Positions 12,196 to 25,245 of a DNA stretch of 64,000 bases are shown here, one piece after another (position 1 is the first letter of the stretch; each line of letters opens with the position of its first letter). The notes under the pieces are model-generated. The model was not told the origin of the DNA. It was given only the letters and a program-made list of their open reading frames with translations, and made no database searches. The position numbers and the translations under genes were made by a program. The DNA comes from Octopus bimaculoides (Eukaryota): positions 8,014,957 to 8,078,956 of the forward strand of contig NC_068995.1 in the NCBI RefSeq assembly GCF_001194135.2. The letters run 5' to 3'.

Positions 12196-12647
12196 TTTTT
12201 TTTTTTAATCTATTTAATACATACATAAATAACTTTACGCGTCGACGTGCGAATTAAAAGAAGCAGGTAAAAACGTCTAGAGACAAAAATAATCTGATCT
12301 TTAGCAAAAGAAGACACATTTTTAGTCGTATATATCTTTGAGAATTGTTTATATAATTTGTAATAAACTTGTGACGACTGTCATAAATATCAAATAAAGA
12401 TCTTATGTTTGGAAAATTTGGAGTGAAAAAAAGACAAGATATAAAGTGCAGAATATATTAAAAAAATATATTATTTGATACAGCGAAAACAAAACGGTTT
12501 AATGTATGCTTCATTCTGTTTGTACTAAGTATTCCTCATAGAATGAACTAATATGATACAAATGATTACATATATAAATAAATAAATGCCTATTGAAATT
12601 CTTGTTTAACAGGATGTCGACAACACATTCATAGAAGGATACGTATG

Positions 12648-12691
<44 letters not shown>

Positions 12692-13127
12692 GACGGAGAC
12701 ACACACACACACATATATACATACATATACGAGCACATATATATACACATATACTATCAAACTCAAATATGTACGCGAATGTGCGTGTTAACCGGAAATA
12801 TATATGTATGGTAGACACCTTAACCTCTTTCTACACTTCCTCTCAGTCACAACACACACACACATATTTGTGTATATATGTATATATATACATACGTACA
12901 TACACATACACATATATATTTATATATATACACACGCACATATATATATATGTGTGTGTGTATGTTCAGACACGTTTGACTGTGCGTGTTTCCGAGTTTG
13001 TAGTTATCAACGTACATGTGTATATCATTTCTGTATGAGTGTATGGGTGTGTGATCAAGAACCTACATACGAATCTACGTACTTATACACATACAGCAAG
13101 GATATATTAACAAATGCTTTCATCACT

Positions 13128-13194
<67 letters not shown>

Positions 13195-13960
13195 ATATAT
13201 TGGGAGTTACAAATGTAATTTTATGTATCTCACCAATTATCCAGCCTTTCTCTCTATCTATCTATCTATCTGTCTATGTATTTATTTATCTGTGTATGTG
13301 TGTTTATGTGTATGCGTGCGTCAGCATGTATGCGTATCCATGTGTATCTATGTATCTATATATCTTCCAATCTATTTCTCATTCACTTCCTCAATATATA
13401 CTCACAAAGAAACATACTTAAATATCTGTGTATGAATATGTCCAGATGATACAGACATGTGTATAAATTTATACATAAAAATACATATGAACCCACACAC
13501 TAAGTCATACTGAAAGGATACAAGTGTACACATATACGTGCATACACACTCCTATATATACATGTGTCTGGGTTGGCTTTTTTGTTTCGTGTATTAGACT
13601 CTTTATTTCTAATTCAATAATAGAATGAAAAAAAAAAGTGTATCCGTTGATATATATTGTAGAAAATAGCGGGATACATTTAAGAGTAACAATAATACTT
13701 AATCACATATATATATAAAAGAACACGCAACATATACACGCGCGCACAGATAAACACATATACAACCACACACAAATATATATGTATACGTACATATATA
13801 TACATTTATATTCATATACATATGTATAATGTGTGTGTGTGTCAAAAATAAAGGTTTGAGTGTTTGACTGTGTTATCCTCAGTGATTTCTGGAAACTATC
13901 AAACACTGGTATATATATGGTTTAGGACAGATAGTAATAGATTTTAGTATTTATCCACCT

Positions 13961-14360
13961 TAAGGAAGCGAGCTGGCAGAAACGTTAGCACGCCGGGCGA
14001 AATGTTTAGCGGTATTTCGTCTGCCGTTACGTTCTGAGTTCTAATTCCACAGAGGTCGACTTTGCCTTTCATCCTTTTGAGGTCGATAAATTAAGTACCA
14101 GTTACGCACTGAGGTCGGTGTAATCGACTTAATCCCTTTGTCCGTCCTTGTTTGTCCTCTCTATGTTTAGCCNNNNNNNNNNCACTGAGGTCGGTGTAAT
14201 CGACTTAATCCCTTTGTCCGTCCTTGTTTGTCCTCTCTATGTTTAGCCACTTGTGGGCAATAAAGAAATAAGAATCGTTAGCATGCCGGACGAAATGCTT
14301 AGCGTCATTCAGTCCATCTTTACTGTCTGAGTTCGAACCTCTCCGAGGTCGACTTTGCCT
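13961..14360 (+). mobile_element. SINE family B dimer (includes a gap-flank duplication)
   Basis: taaggaagcgagctggcagaaacgttagc head, core gtcgactttgcctttcatcc, tail gggcaataaagaaata fused to a second head at about 14271. Confidence 0.9.
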
Positions 14361-15609
14361 CCCAGGTTTAAACTGTCTCGAAATAATTTCACAGAAAATG
14401 GGAGTAAAATTTGCAAGCTTTTATTACTTGCATTTGAAGCTATCTGTAATGGTTTTAATCAGGGTATTAATATTACCAGTCTGTTCTGTGCCCGTTTATA
14501 TGTAAATAAATGTACGAAGCAGCTTGCAAAACATCCACAAGTAAAGCAAAAACGTAGTATTTCTGTAAAGTGTTACAGTCATTCGAACGAGTGGGTTTAT
14601 TATACGAGACAATGATTGGCAGGTGAGGTGTAATAAGCCAGGAACAAGATCAGCAATCAAGTATAAATACAAGCAGCCCTAAGCGTATAACTAGACATGA
14701 AATATTGATCCGCTCTGTCTGTTATATTTAAAAGAAAATTCCCAAAGAGTTTGCAATATATTTAGTAATATTAACGCAAAAAAGTATTTCAATATAGTCT
14801 CTCGGTCATTCTAATGTGCGGTTTGTTTATCTATCCCAACGATTTGTTAACGAAATATAATACAACCGAAACTTGTCCTAAGTTGTCACACATTAATTAC
14901 TAAATATCAGAGTTAACTCCCTCAATACTTGACCCAATTTCATTTTTAACCTATTTCGAAATTCGACATTGTCCCGTGTGTCCAGCTTCAAAAGAATTAT
15001 ATTTAACGCTAATGTTGTCTTTCGTTTTCATTAGAAGCTTTATTTTTAACAGATTATTTATTCATTTCCCATATACTTATTCGTTAGATTATTTTATACA
15101 GTACATGACTGTAGGACCGATTGCTAGAAGCACTTTTCCCTGGGTTTCGATTCGTACATAAATAAAAAAGGACACAGACATAATCACACGTTTACATGTG
15201 TACGAAAATCTGCTGCTCAGAGAGGATTCTGAGTAATTCGAAATAGAACCACTTCGTGTGTGGACGAATATATANNNNNNNNNNNNNNNNNNNNNNNNNN
15301 NNNNNNNNNNNNNNNNNNNNNNNNNNNNNNNNNNNNNNNNNNNNNNNNNNNNNNNNNNNNNNNNNNNNNNNNNNNNNNNNNNNNNNNNNNNNNNNNNNNN
15401 NNNNNNNNNNNNNNNNNNNNNNNNNNNNNNNNNNNNNNNNNNNNNNNNNNNNNNNNNNNNNNNNNNNNNNNNNNNNNNNNNNNNNNNNNNNNNNNNNNNN
15501 NNNNNNNNNNNNNNNNNNNNNNNNNNNNNNNNNNNNNNNNNNNNNNNNNNNNNNNNNNNNNNNNNNNNNNNNNNNNNNNNNNNNNNNNNNNNNNNNNNNN
15601 NNNNNNNNN

Positions 15610-15656
<47 letters not shown>

Positions 15657-16107
15657 TCTATAACAGAAGCATAAGTGAGGCATAGTTCTTTGTAATGGGA
15701 ATTCACCCTCAATTACCAAAATTACCATACGTTCGATACATTTAGACATCGTATAAGTCTGCAATGATCTCTTGGCTTTTTACTTTTGGTAGTTTGAAAT
15801 ACTGTACCTTCTCCCAACGGGGCTCAGCTGAAAACACTTAGCGTCCATCTCTAATTTTATCTCTTTCCGCTTTGCTGATCTTGCTTACAGTTTCTCTCTC
15901 TCTCTCTCTCTCTCGCTCGCTCTCTCTTTCGCCCTCTCTCTCTCTGTATTTGATTCTTTCTCCCATTATTTGTCTTTCTCTACCTATAGATGTGAGCGTG
16001 TGCAACTGTGTGAGAGAAGGTGGGTATTTATGTATGTATGTACGTATGTATGTATGAGTGTGTGTGAGTGTGTGTGTGTGTCTAGATTCAGATTCATAAG
16101 TCGACAG

Positions 16108-16158
<51 letters not shown>

Positions 16159-16215
16159 AATATATATATGCATATATATACATACGACTTATATGCTTAT
16201 ATAAGTGTATTTATA

Positions 16216-16258
<43 letters not shown>

Positions 16259-16696
16259 ATATATAGGATTACCTTACATGCATACACGTATTTATATATA
16301 TGCATAAACATACACTAATACATGTGTGTGCGTGTGTGTGTATGTACATGTATATATATATACATATATATATGTATTCGTTTTTATATATATACATAGC
16401 GGCGTACGTACGCTTTTGGTCTTCTGTATGTAAATACACACAAACAAAAACACACACACACATATATTCACTATATATTATTATATCAACAGGTATTTAT
16501 GAGAAATATACGATTCCATACGCACACGTATATACAAATATGACACCATCACTAAATATATAGGCATGTGTTTACATGCATATCTATTAATATACACATA
16601 TGTATTTATGTATGCACATATGTTAGAGTATGATAAATACTTTTGCGCATACATATCATGTGTATACGTATGTATATACGCCCTGACACACACAGA

Positions 16697-16800
16697 TTGA
16701 TAGATAGATAGATAGATAGACAGATAACAGACAGATAGATAGATAAATAGATAGATAGATAAACAAATAGATAGATAAACAAATAGATAGATAGATAGAT
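16697..16800. repeat. (GATA)n tetranucleotide tract
   Basis: visible repeat; similar tracts at 28896-28945 and, as (TATC)n, at 42620-42690. Confidence 0.95.
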
Positions 16801-17096
16801 AACCGATATTTACGTGCCTTATATCTATTACGACTGTCTAATCCTTATTATTATGTATTATCACTCAAAATAATTTTCATTGATATCAAATCACTAGAGT
16901 AGTTTCCTCTAATTTGTATCTTAATGTTCTGAGCTAACATTTTCATCCAAAATAAATATATAGTCATTAATGTAATTTCATCAGAGATATATACAGCCAC
17001 GCTAATAGACTAATCAAATATCAGGAGCCTCGGGATGCAAGTGTTTCTAAAAATAAATGTGGCTTTATATTAAATAAGATAACATAATATTAATAT

Positions 17097-17315
17097 TCTT
17101 TTCTACTCTAGGCACAAGGGACGAAATTTGGGGGGGAGGGGGCTAGTCGATAAGATCGACCTCAGTACGAAACTGGTTACTTAATTTATCGATCATGAAG
17201 GGATGAAAAGCAAAGTCGACCTGAGCGGAATTTGAACTCAAAACGTAAAGATAGAAGAAATATCGCTAAGCATTTCACTCGGCGTGCTAACGTTTCTGCC
17301 AGCTCGACGCCTTAA
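17097..17315 (-). mobile_element. SINE family B, alternative tail (ccttgtgcctagagtagaaaaga)
   Basis: family B head and core with a 3' end that differs from the 10-kb and 14-kb copies. Confidence 0.85.
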
Positions 17316-17324
17316 GGCATATAT

Positions 17325-17470
17325 AGGAGCACTCCGTCAGTTACGACGAGAAGGGCCCCAGTTGATACGATCGACGGAACAGCTTGCTCGTGAAATTAAC
17401 GTGAAAGTGGCGGAGCAATCTACATACACGTGCACCCTTAACGTAATTCTCATGAAGATTCAACGTATTT
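17325..17470 (-). mobile_element. SINE family D 3' fragment
   Basis: ggagcactccgtcagttacgacgag...gaaattaacgtg is similar to 11755-11870. Confidence 0.7.
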
Positions 17471-17509
17471 AACCAGGTGCCTATCTTTATCGAACCCTTT
17501 TGCCCAATC

Positions 17510-17573
17510 TCTAATTTACGGGGGACGTAAACACACTACCACCGGTAAATGGGGTGGAGTACACTGCCACAAA

Positions 17574-17636
<63 letters not shown>

Positions 17637-17646
17637 NNNNNNNNNN

Positions 17647-17683
<37 letters not shown>

Positions 17684-17808
17684 CTTCTACGAAATCCACT
17701 CATGAGTCTTTGGTCAGTTCGAGGCTATAATAGAAGGCATTTGCCCAAGGTGCAAAACAATGGGAGTGAACTCGGAGCCATGTGCTCGGGAAGCAAGCTT
17801 CCTACCAC
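17510..17808 (-). mobile_element. SINE family A, partial
   Basis: reverse complement of tgtggtaggaagcttgcttccc, gcaccttgggcaaatgcc, gagtggatttcgtag; internal (CA)(TA)n. Confidence 0.8.
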
Positions 17809-17859
17809 AAAGAACGCTGTGCGAAATATATCATTTTGCTGGGTTGTATCAAATTCAGA

Positions 17860-18364
17860 TGCTGATATGTTTATTCACCATTTGCGCAGAAAGAGTACAA
17901 GGGTAGACACGACAAGGTAGCTCAAAACCTCTGGGACTTTGAATTCCAGACAGAAAGTATTAGAGCACAGAAGGCCGAACATAATAACCTTTAGGAGGGA
18001 CAGACAAGAATGCCGAATGATTGACATGGCAGTGCTAGGAGATCAAAAAATCATCATGAAAGAAAGAGAAAAGGTTGATAAATATGAAAACCTGAGAATT
18101 GAGATCGCTAAGATATGGCAGCTGCGATAGTCAAACATAAAGGTTATCCCTTTTGTCATCGGAACATTAGGTTCAATACAACCCAATCTAAAAAAAAAAA
18201 CATTTGAAAAACCTTAGAAATACCCTACAATGTAGATGTTTTGCAAAAGTCGGTATTACTTGGAACTGAACGAATATTGCGTAAAGTACTGTCTGTTTGG
18301 GGTCCCTGTTGTGACAATATATTCAATCAACAACCTCACAATATTGTATACTGTGCGACGTCAC
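17860..18364 (+). mobile_element. R4/Dong-clade non-LTR retrotransposon 3' remnant (restriction-like endonuclease domain), with frameshifts and stops
   Basis: translation AQKEYKGRHDKVAQN-LWDFEFQT / KVLEHRRPNI...MIDMAV...KEREKVDKYENL..EI..IW / IKVIPFVIGTLGSI / LQKSVLLGTERILRKVLS contains the RHD, PD..D and K..KY motifs of RLE-type LINEs; followed by (TAA)n at 18365-18404. Confidence 0.85.
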
Positions 18365-18405
<41 letters not shown>

Positions 18406-18484
18406 GTAGTAATAGTTGTAGAAGTAGTAGTAGTTTTATTTAAATTCCAATGGGGATGGCAATAAAATAATTCATTACAATAAT

Positions 18485-18515
<31 letters not shown>

Positions 18516-19587
18516 ATGCAACCAACGGTTTAATTATTCTAATATTAAACAACAAATGTTAATGAATCTAATATTAATCAGCTAACTAGAAATCTAAATA
18601 ATTATAATACAGTACTTAATTAAAATTTGAAATAAAGTATTTAATTACAGCAGACTACTTAAAGAAAATAAACTAATTTATTATTCGAAATAGTTATTAG
18701 ATATTAGTATCCTTGTTAATTAAAATGAGCATATCCTTGTTAATTAAAACGATGTGATTAATTCGTACAAACTGGTTAACAATAAAATAATCATTTACGT
18801 TAATGTGTCTAATTGTTGTATGCCAGTCATTTAGCATGAGTTTATTAAGACAAGACAATTAATTAAAATCAATTATTTAGAGTGACCTAGTTTTAAAAAA
18901 TTAACTAATTAGTCTAGACTAGCTAATCATAAAAAACTAAATCATTATAATAATTTAGTTAATTAGCATAACTTAGTTAATTGCAATAAACTTGTTCATT
19001 ATAATAAAATATTTAGAATTTAAAAACAAATTAGAATAAAGTCGTTAAATGAAATGAATTGCTATTCTACTCTGATTGCATTTATCTACAGTTGGGAGCA
19101 AACGTAGGTATACAGTTAGTAACACATGACTGTTTTAATACTTAATCCATTAAATTTATTACCGCATGAAATTAACCTCATTTTTGGTATTTTCAGTGCC
19201 ATTAATCATAATGATACATTTATCATAACTTTAGTAATACTTTTATCGTAAATTAAAATTTTATTTTTGAAAAAAAAAAAAAAGTATTGTACGGGTTTTT
19301 TTCTTTTTTTCATAACTGTATACCAACTTTTGTACCAACCTGTATATACATATAAAAATTACATTTATTCATTAATTAATCCCTTTATTAGATAGTGAGT
19401 CAATCAATCGTGATTTATGTGATAAAATAGAGTCGATTTCATGAAAACTGTGTTGCATAGATAACAAAGGCGAAGCTGTTAACAAATATAATGTCTACTG
19501 CAATTAATAATCTAAGCAAGAAGTTCAAATTGATATAAGTGAATACTGGCTTTTTGGAACCATACGTTTCATCCACACGACTGATCG

Positions 19588-19645
19588 TTTACTGGTTCTA
19601 GTCATTGGACTGCAGCCATGCTGGGGCATTGCCTTAAATGGTTTA
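19588..19645 (-). mobile_element. SINE family A tail fragment
   Basis: gtcattggactgcagccatgctggggcattgcctt is the reverse complement of the family A tail. Confidence 0.65.
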
Positions 19646-19704
19646 ACTGAGTAATTTCATGATATTTGTTTCATTTAAATTTCTAAGTATGGAAATTATT
19701 CTAT

Positions 19705-20090
19705 CGGTAAGAAGTCTGCTTCCCAACCACATGTGTCCGGGTTCAGTCCCACTGCGTGGCACCTTGGGCAAGTGCCTTTTACTATAGACGCGGGTCGACC
19801 AAAGCCTTCCGAGTGGATTTGGTAGAAAGAAACTGAAAGAAGCACGTAGCATACGCACACACACACACATGTATGTAGCTGTGTGTCCATTTATGTGTCT
19901 GTTTGTCTCTGAACCCATAGCTTGACAACCGATGCTGCTTTGTTTACGTCCCCACAACTTAGCGGTTCGGCAAAGAGCGCGATAGAATAGATAGTAAGCT
20001 TGCAAAAAATAGGTACTGGGAGGTCGATTTGTTCGACTAAATGCGGTGCTGCAGCATGGCCGCAGTCAGATAACTGAAACAAGTAAAACA
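19705..20090 (+). mobile_element. SINE family A, near full length
   Basis: ggttcagtcccactgcgtggcaccttgggcaagtg (CORE-like), gggtcgaccaaagcc, tail gcagcatggccgcagtcagataactgaaacaagtaaaa. Confidence 0.9.
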
Positions 20091-20970
20091 ATAAAAAAGT
20101 AAAAGAGTAACCCAGCTCCATGTATATGTGTGTGTGTATGTGTGTGTGTATGTGTGTGTGTGTGTGTGTGTGTGTTTGCATGATTCCGGTGAATCCTGTC
20201 AAGACTAGAAATTGCAGTTAATGCAAGTCGTTGGACATTAGAATAATCCAAGACATGTAAATGATTGTTTCTGGACGAATCTAAAGTAACAATTTCGATT
20301 ATTAAAAAAACGAAAAATATCGATTTTTTAATACACGAATAAGTCAACTGAGTATTTCATTAGTATTTTGTTTTCGAAATATTAATTGTCGAAATTGGAA
20401 GGTTAATTAAATTGCATGTCAAAATCTAGAGTCAGTGGTATCGACGAAAACCACTTTTAGAAACATTGCTGGCATTGTGTCAAAAACAGAAAATATGGGT
20501 ATTAATTGCCGGTTATTTGTAACGGCTTTTATACTGTAAGTTGAAATTCCACCAAAGTCTAATGTATTCCTCGTCGTTTCGAAGTTTAAGGTATATCACC
20601 AAACGATTGTGTGGAGAAATTTCTTCCTATAAACACGCCAATTTTATTGATTGTGCCTCTGCTATATATACTTAAGTACAAATTAATACTTATGTTTCAT
20701 ATGTATACAGACATTATTCCCATTTACTAACACACACACTCACTCACATGTGTGTGTGTGTGTATGCATGTATAGAGAGAGAGAGAGAGAGAGAGAGATA
20801 GATAGATACATATATATATTTGTGTGTGTGTGTGTATATGTATATATATATGTATATATGTTTATATATATCTATAGATATGCGTATATATGTTTATATA
20901 TATCTATATATATGCGTATATATATCTATATATATGCGTATATATAAATGTATATCTATACATAACCATA

Positions 20971-21027
<57 letters not shown>

Positions 21028-21685
21028 ACGTAGACACATATAGGCGCGCACAAAACTTACTAGTTACGAAAGAAACGGCGCATGTAACTTCGCTTGTGAA
21101 TGCGGCTAGACTTTTTCCCGCTGTCTGTTTGTTTAGGAATAAATCTGTATTCCAGTGATATAACAGAGAAGTATTAGCATTCATACAATACAATACAGGT
21201 ACATTTGCATTTCAGTTGGAAATTTCTTTTTAGCAGCAGGCTATAGGGAAATGGTGTCCCTCAGTCTACATAAGCACTGACCAAATCTATGTCAAGATTT
21301 AGAAAGAAAATATCTATAAATCGGAAGAATTTATTTGGAAAAATTTTGCGATACAGACATGAATGCCAAAACTGGTATTGTGAATATATGTCCCGTTCGT
21401 ACAGCGCATCCGATTGTATCGATGACTGGTTCTAAGTATATATGTATCTATGTGTGTATGTATGTATATATATGTATGTGTGCATGTATGTTCGGTTCCA
21501 TGTAAGTGTGTCACTGCGTGTGTCAGTGAGTGAGTACGATTGGATACATATTCATATTCACGTGTAAAGGCACACACACACACACTTCCTGGGGTGTATA
21601 CAGCAAACTATACATAAGTGAATATAATTATTTAAGCTGATCGGATATAGATAGGTGTGCGCGTACGTGTGATTGTGTGTGTACC

Positions 21686-21724
<39 letters not shown>

Positions 21725-21734
21725 NNNNNNNNNN

Positions 21735-21773
<39 letters not shown>

Positions 21774-21879
21774 CATCGGTAGATAGATTGCTAAATGTAT
21801 AGAAACGTCTGTAAACATACATGCACACGAAACTAAAATAGCTACACACACAGAGATAGCTACAGATAAATACATAACT

Positions 21880-22795
21880 TCTTTTCTACTCTAGGCACAA
21901 GGCCCGAAATTCTGGAGGAGGGGCCATTCGATTAGATCGACCTCAGTACACAACTAGTGCTTAATTTACTGACTCCGAAGGGATGAAAGGCGAAGTCGAC
22001 CTCGGCGGGATTTGAACTCAGAACGTAAAGACAGACGAAATACCTATTTATTTACTGCCCACAAGGGGCTACACACAGAGGGAACAAACAAGGACAGACA
22101 AACCGATTAAGTCGATTATATCGACCCCAGTGCGTAACTGGTACTTATTTAATCGACTCCGAAAGGATGAAAGGCAAAGTCGACCTCGGCGGAATTTGAA
22201 CTCAGAACGTAAAGACAGACGAAATACCNNNNNNNNNNNNNNNNNNNNNNNNNNNNNNNNNNNNNNNNNNNNNNNNNNNNNNNNNNNNNNNNNNNNNNNN
22301 NNNNNNNNNNNNNNNNNNNNNNNNNNNNNNNNNNNNNNNNNNNNNNNNNNNNNNNNNNNNNNNNNNNNNNNNNNNNNNNNNNNNNNNNNNNNNNNNNNNN
22401 NNNNNNNNNNNNNNNNNNNNNNNNNNNNNNNNNNNNNNNNNNNNNNNNNNNNNNNNNNNNNNNNNNNNNNNNNNNNNNNNNNNNNNNNNNNNNNNNNNNN
22501 NNNNNNNNNCGAAGTCGACCTCGGCGGGATTTGAACTCAGAACGTAAAGACAGACGAAATACCTATTTATTTACTGCCCACAAGGGGCTACACACAGAGG
22601 GAACAAACAAGGACAGACAAACCGATTAAGTCGATTATATCGACCCCAGTGCGTAACTGGTACTTAATTTATCGACCCCGGAAGGATGAAAGGCAAAGTC
22701 GACCTCGGCGGAATATGAACTCTGAACGTAAAGACAGACGAAATACCGCTAAGCATTTCGCCCGGCGAGCTAACGATTCTGCCAGCTCACCGCCT
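21880..22795 (-). mobile_element. SINE family B tandem array spanning an assembly gap
   Basis: units with two different tails, junction at about 22044; 22510-22750 duplicates about 21990-22228. Confidence 0.85.
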
Positions 22796-22814
22796 ATCTA
22801 TCGTTTTCTTCTTT

Positions 22815-23055
22815 TATTCTATTACTTGTTTTAGTCATTAGACTACGGCTAAGCTGGGGCTCTACCTTGAGCAATTTTTGTCGAACTAATCGAACCAGTA
22901 CTTATATCAAAGCCTGGTACTTATTCCCTCTCCTTTTACCGAACTGCTAAGTTACAGGATATAAACACACCATCACCGGTTATCATTCATTAGTGGGTGA
23001 CAACCACACACACTGACACACACACACACGACTTGCTTCTTTCAGTTTCCGTCTA
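22815..23055 (-). mobile_element. SINE family A 3' half, diverged
   Basis: reverse complement of gacggaaactgaaagaagc, (GT)n, aacttagcagttcggtaaaa and the tail. Confidence 0.7.
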
Positions 23056-23154
23056 AAAATAAGCCATCAATCATTGAAATCTTCAAACTTTGCCCAAGCG
23101 TAAAGTCACCTGCTCGTGTAATAAGGGCTGATTTTTGACGGTTTTAGTAGCGTA

Positions 23155-25054
23155 CTAGCAGTGATACCCGGCCTTTCTCGGGATTAAAATGGTATAGTTT
23201 GTTTATATATATTACAGTTATGTTGAAACAGGTGATACGGGAAAGTGCAGCATTGACGGCAAAACATTTGTAGAGTAAATGATGGTCTAATTCGACTAAT
23301 CGACATATAATACATCCGTTTGGAGGATTCCATGCCCTAACCTAGCGTGGAAAAGTGAAGTGGGGATGTGTAATGTTTGAACCCACCGAAACGCTGTCAG
23401 TGGATATACTCGCCTTTGAGGCGGTCAGCGCTACGTGTAACACGAGCCATCGTATGGTTAACAGTCAAATGAATGGAGGAGTAATGGAGATATTGTACGT
23501 AAATGGGTACATTCTGGAAATGGGAGGCGGTGACGGGGAAGTGAACTGTCGAAAGAGGTTGAGGAGGGGCTGATAGTGCTGTCAATTTTACCATACCGCC
23601 TGAGCAGCACATGCCACTAGTTTCATTTGGAAATTTGAAAGCTTTGCAGAAACGACAATTTGAGTGTAGCACACCAATTTGTACAGAATTATCGTTTTTA
23701 TAAGGCTGAGATGGATCATATCTGAAAGTAGCTCTTGGTGTTGTGAAGAACGGTGGTTTCATGGCAAGAAAGTCGAAAGGTAAGCTCTGCCTCTATGGCA
23801 AATTATAATGAAATATAGTCGAAAGGTAAGCTACTATAAATCGGCACGAACTTTCCGGACAACCCAATACATTAATCTCTATTTTGTAAGCAGTTGTATG
23901 CATATAGTATGTCCGTATTTTTGTATGCATTTTAAATTAACGAAATATAAGCAAATGAACGAAATAGCACATGTATGGAACTGCTAATTTAACGGTAAAT
24001 ATCACAATAATTATTATTACAGAGAGACGAAGAATTTTATATTTTACCTTGCAACTGCTGCGATAATTAACTCCTAATAGAACGGTAAATGTGTATTGTT
24101 TGAATGGAAATGAAAATAAAATTTCGTATTGACACTAGCCAGACAGCACTTCGCGCATGCCCCCTTGTGGGTAATAAAGAAAGTCTTCACGCATGTCTGT
24201 TGTCGACTGAGTATACAACACAAGCAACACACAGCAAAGAGAAAGAGACAAAAAGAAAATAACACGTATTAAATTTTTTTTTCTAAAAACGTTCAATGAC
24301 GTTAACTGGAGTTTGGGGTTCGAGTAGACGTCATTCCACCATTTCATTTAACATTACCATTCTTTTCATTCGATTTTATTTTTTCCTTACGTTTATGTTT
24401 TGTCTGTCTTTGTGCTGTCTCCTCTGTGTTTCGACCCTGTGTGGTTAATAAAAAAAAATCAAGTCGTCAGGTATGTATATGTATGTGTAGATGTGTGTGT
24501 GCGTTGACACTAGCCAGCCCGCACTTCACGCATGTCAGTCGTCAGGTATGTATATGCATGTGTATATGTCTGTGCGGGTGTGTTTAATACCGTACCGTAT
24601 ATAGTATGTCTGTATTTTTGCATGCAGTGTATATTAACTATATGTATGTATGCCTGTATATATGTGAGAGTATAGTTTCACTGTAGTAGATTCAGTATGA
24701 AAATGAAACCATTATAGTGAACATATTTGTCATTACAGTATCGAAATGTGATTGTTTCAGTTTTGATACTGAAATAGTGGAAAAGTTTCATTTTTAAAGT
24801 GAAAGCATTTGACATGAATGTTTTTGTTTCACTTTTGACACGTAATACTTAAATAGTGGAGGAGATATTATGTTGCTGTGGGCTCGAACTATGCAAGAAT
24901 AAAAAATTGTTTTTTTGACTAAAACACAACCGGGACCCTGAGTAAGGCATGTGTAAAATTTGAATGAAATTGGTTGTGTAGTTCTGGAGTTTTAGGGATT
25001 CACACAGACACGCACAGAGACACACAGACATGCGTTCTCATTTTTATGTATAGA
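23155..25054 (-). mobile_element. non-autonomous Helitron with both termini
   Basis: minus strand begins TC (TCTATACATAAAAATGAGAAC... at 25054, preceded by A) and ends CCCG-agaaaggc-CGGG hairpin + tatcactg + CTAG at 23155 (followed by T); carries a Rep N-terminal fragment. Confidence 0.85.
23550..23762 (-). pseudogene. Helitron Rep/helicase N-terminal fragment
   Basis: ATFRYDPSQPY...VQIG...CRFCKAFKFPNETSGMCCSGGMVKLTALSAPPQPL matches the C-x2-C...CC..G.V.L..L..PP.PL region that precedes the Helitron Rep domain. Confidence 0.8.
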
Positions 25055-25064
25055 TATAAAACCC

Positions 25065-25245
25065 CACCAGGATTGGACTCCGGTTCGTCCCAGAATTATT
25101 CATTTTTGCCAGCTAAGTGGACAGGAGCAACTTGAAATGAAGTGTCTTGCCGAAGAAGACGACGTGTCGCCCTGTGTAGGAATCGAAACCACAAGCGTAC
25201 GCTTGATGTGTCCAAGCGCTTTCACTATGAGGTAATGCATGATTA
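25065..25245 (-). mobile_element. tRNA-derived SINE, family F, partial
   Basis: ttttgccagctaagtggacaggagcaacttgaaatgaagtgtcttgcc...ggaatcgaaacc is similar to 51490-51632. Confidence 0.65.

Noticed and set aside
14103-14270. Apparent extra SINE unit on both sides of the 9-N gap
   Set aside because: Sequence after the gap repeats about 14103-14172 exactly, a typical unmerged contig overlap
14610-14670. ATTGG plus TATAAATA promoter-like spacing
   Set aside because: No downstream exon or ORF support; common words in AT-rich DNA
20229-20290. WTLE*...LFLDESK resembling the Tc1 first-Asp motif
   Set aside because: Spacing is off by two codons and there is no supporting flanking similarity
21990-22750. 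Near-identical 240-bp duplication across the 22229-22509 gap
   Set aside because: Probably an assembly overlap, so the true copy number of the array is uncertain
23060-23150. Segment next to the Helitron 3' end resembling the interior of another rolling-circle element
   Set aside because: Too short, single copy in the window, no termini identifiable
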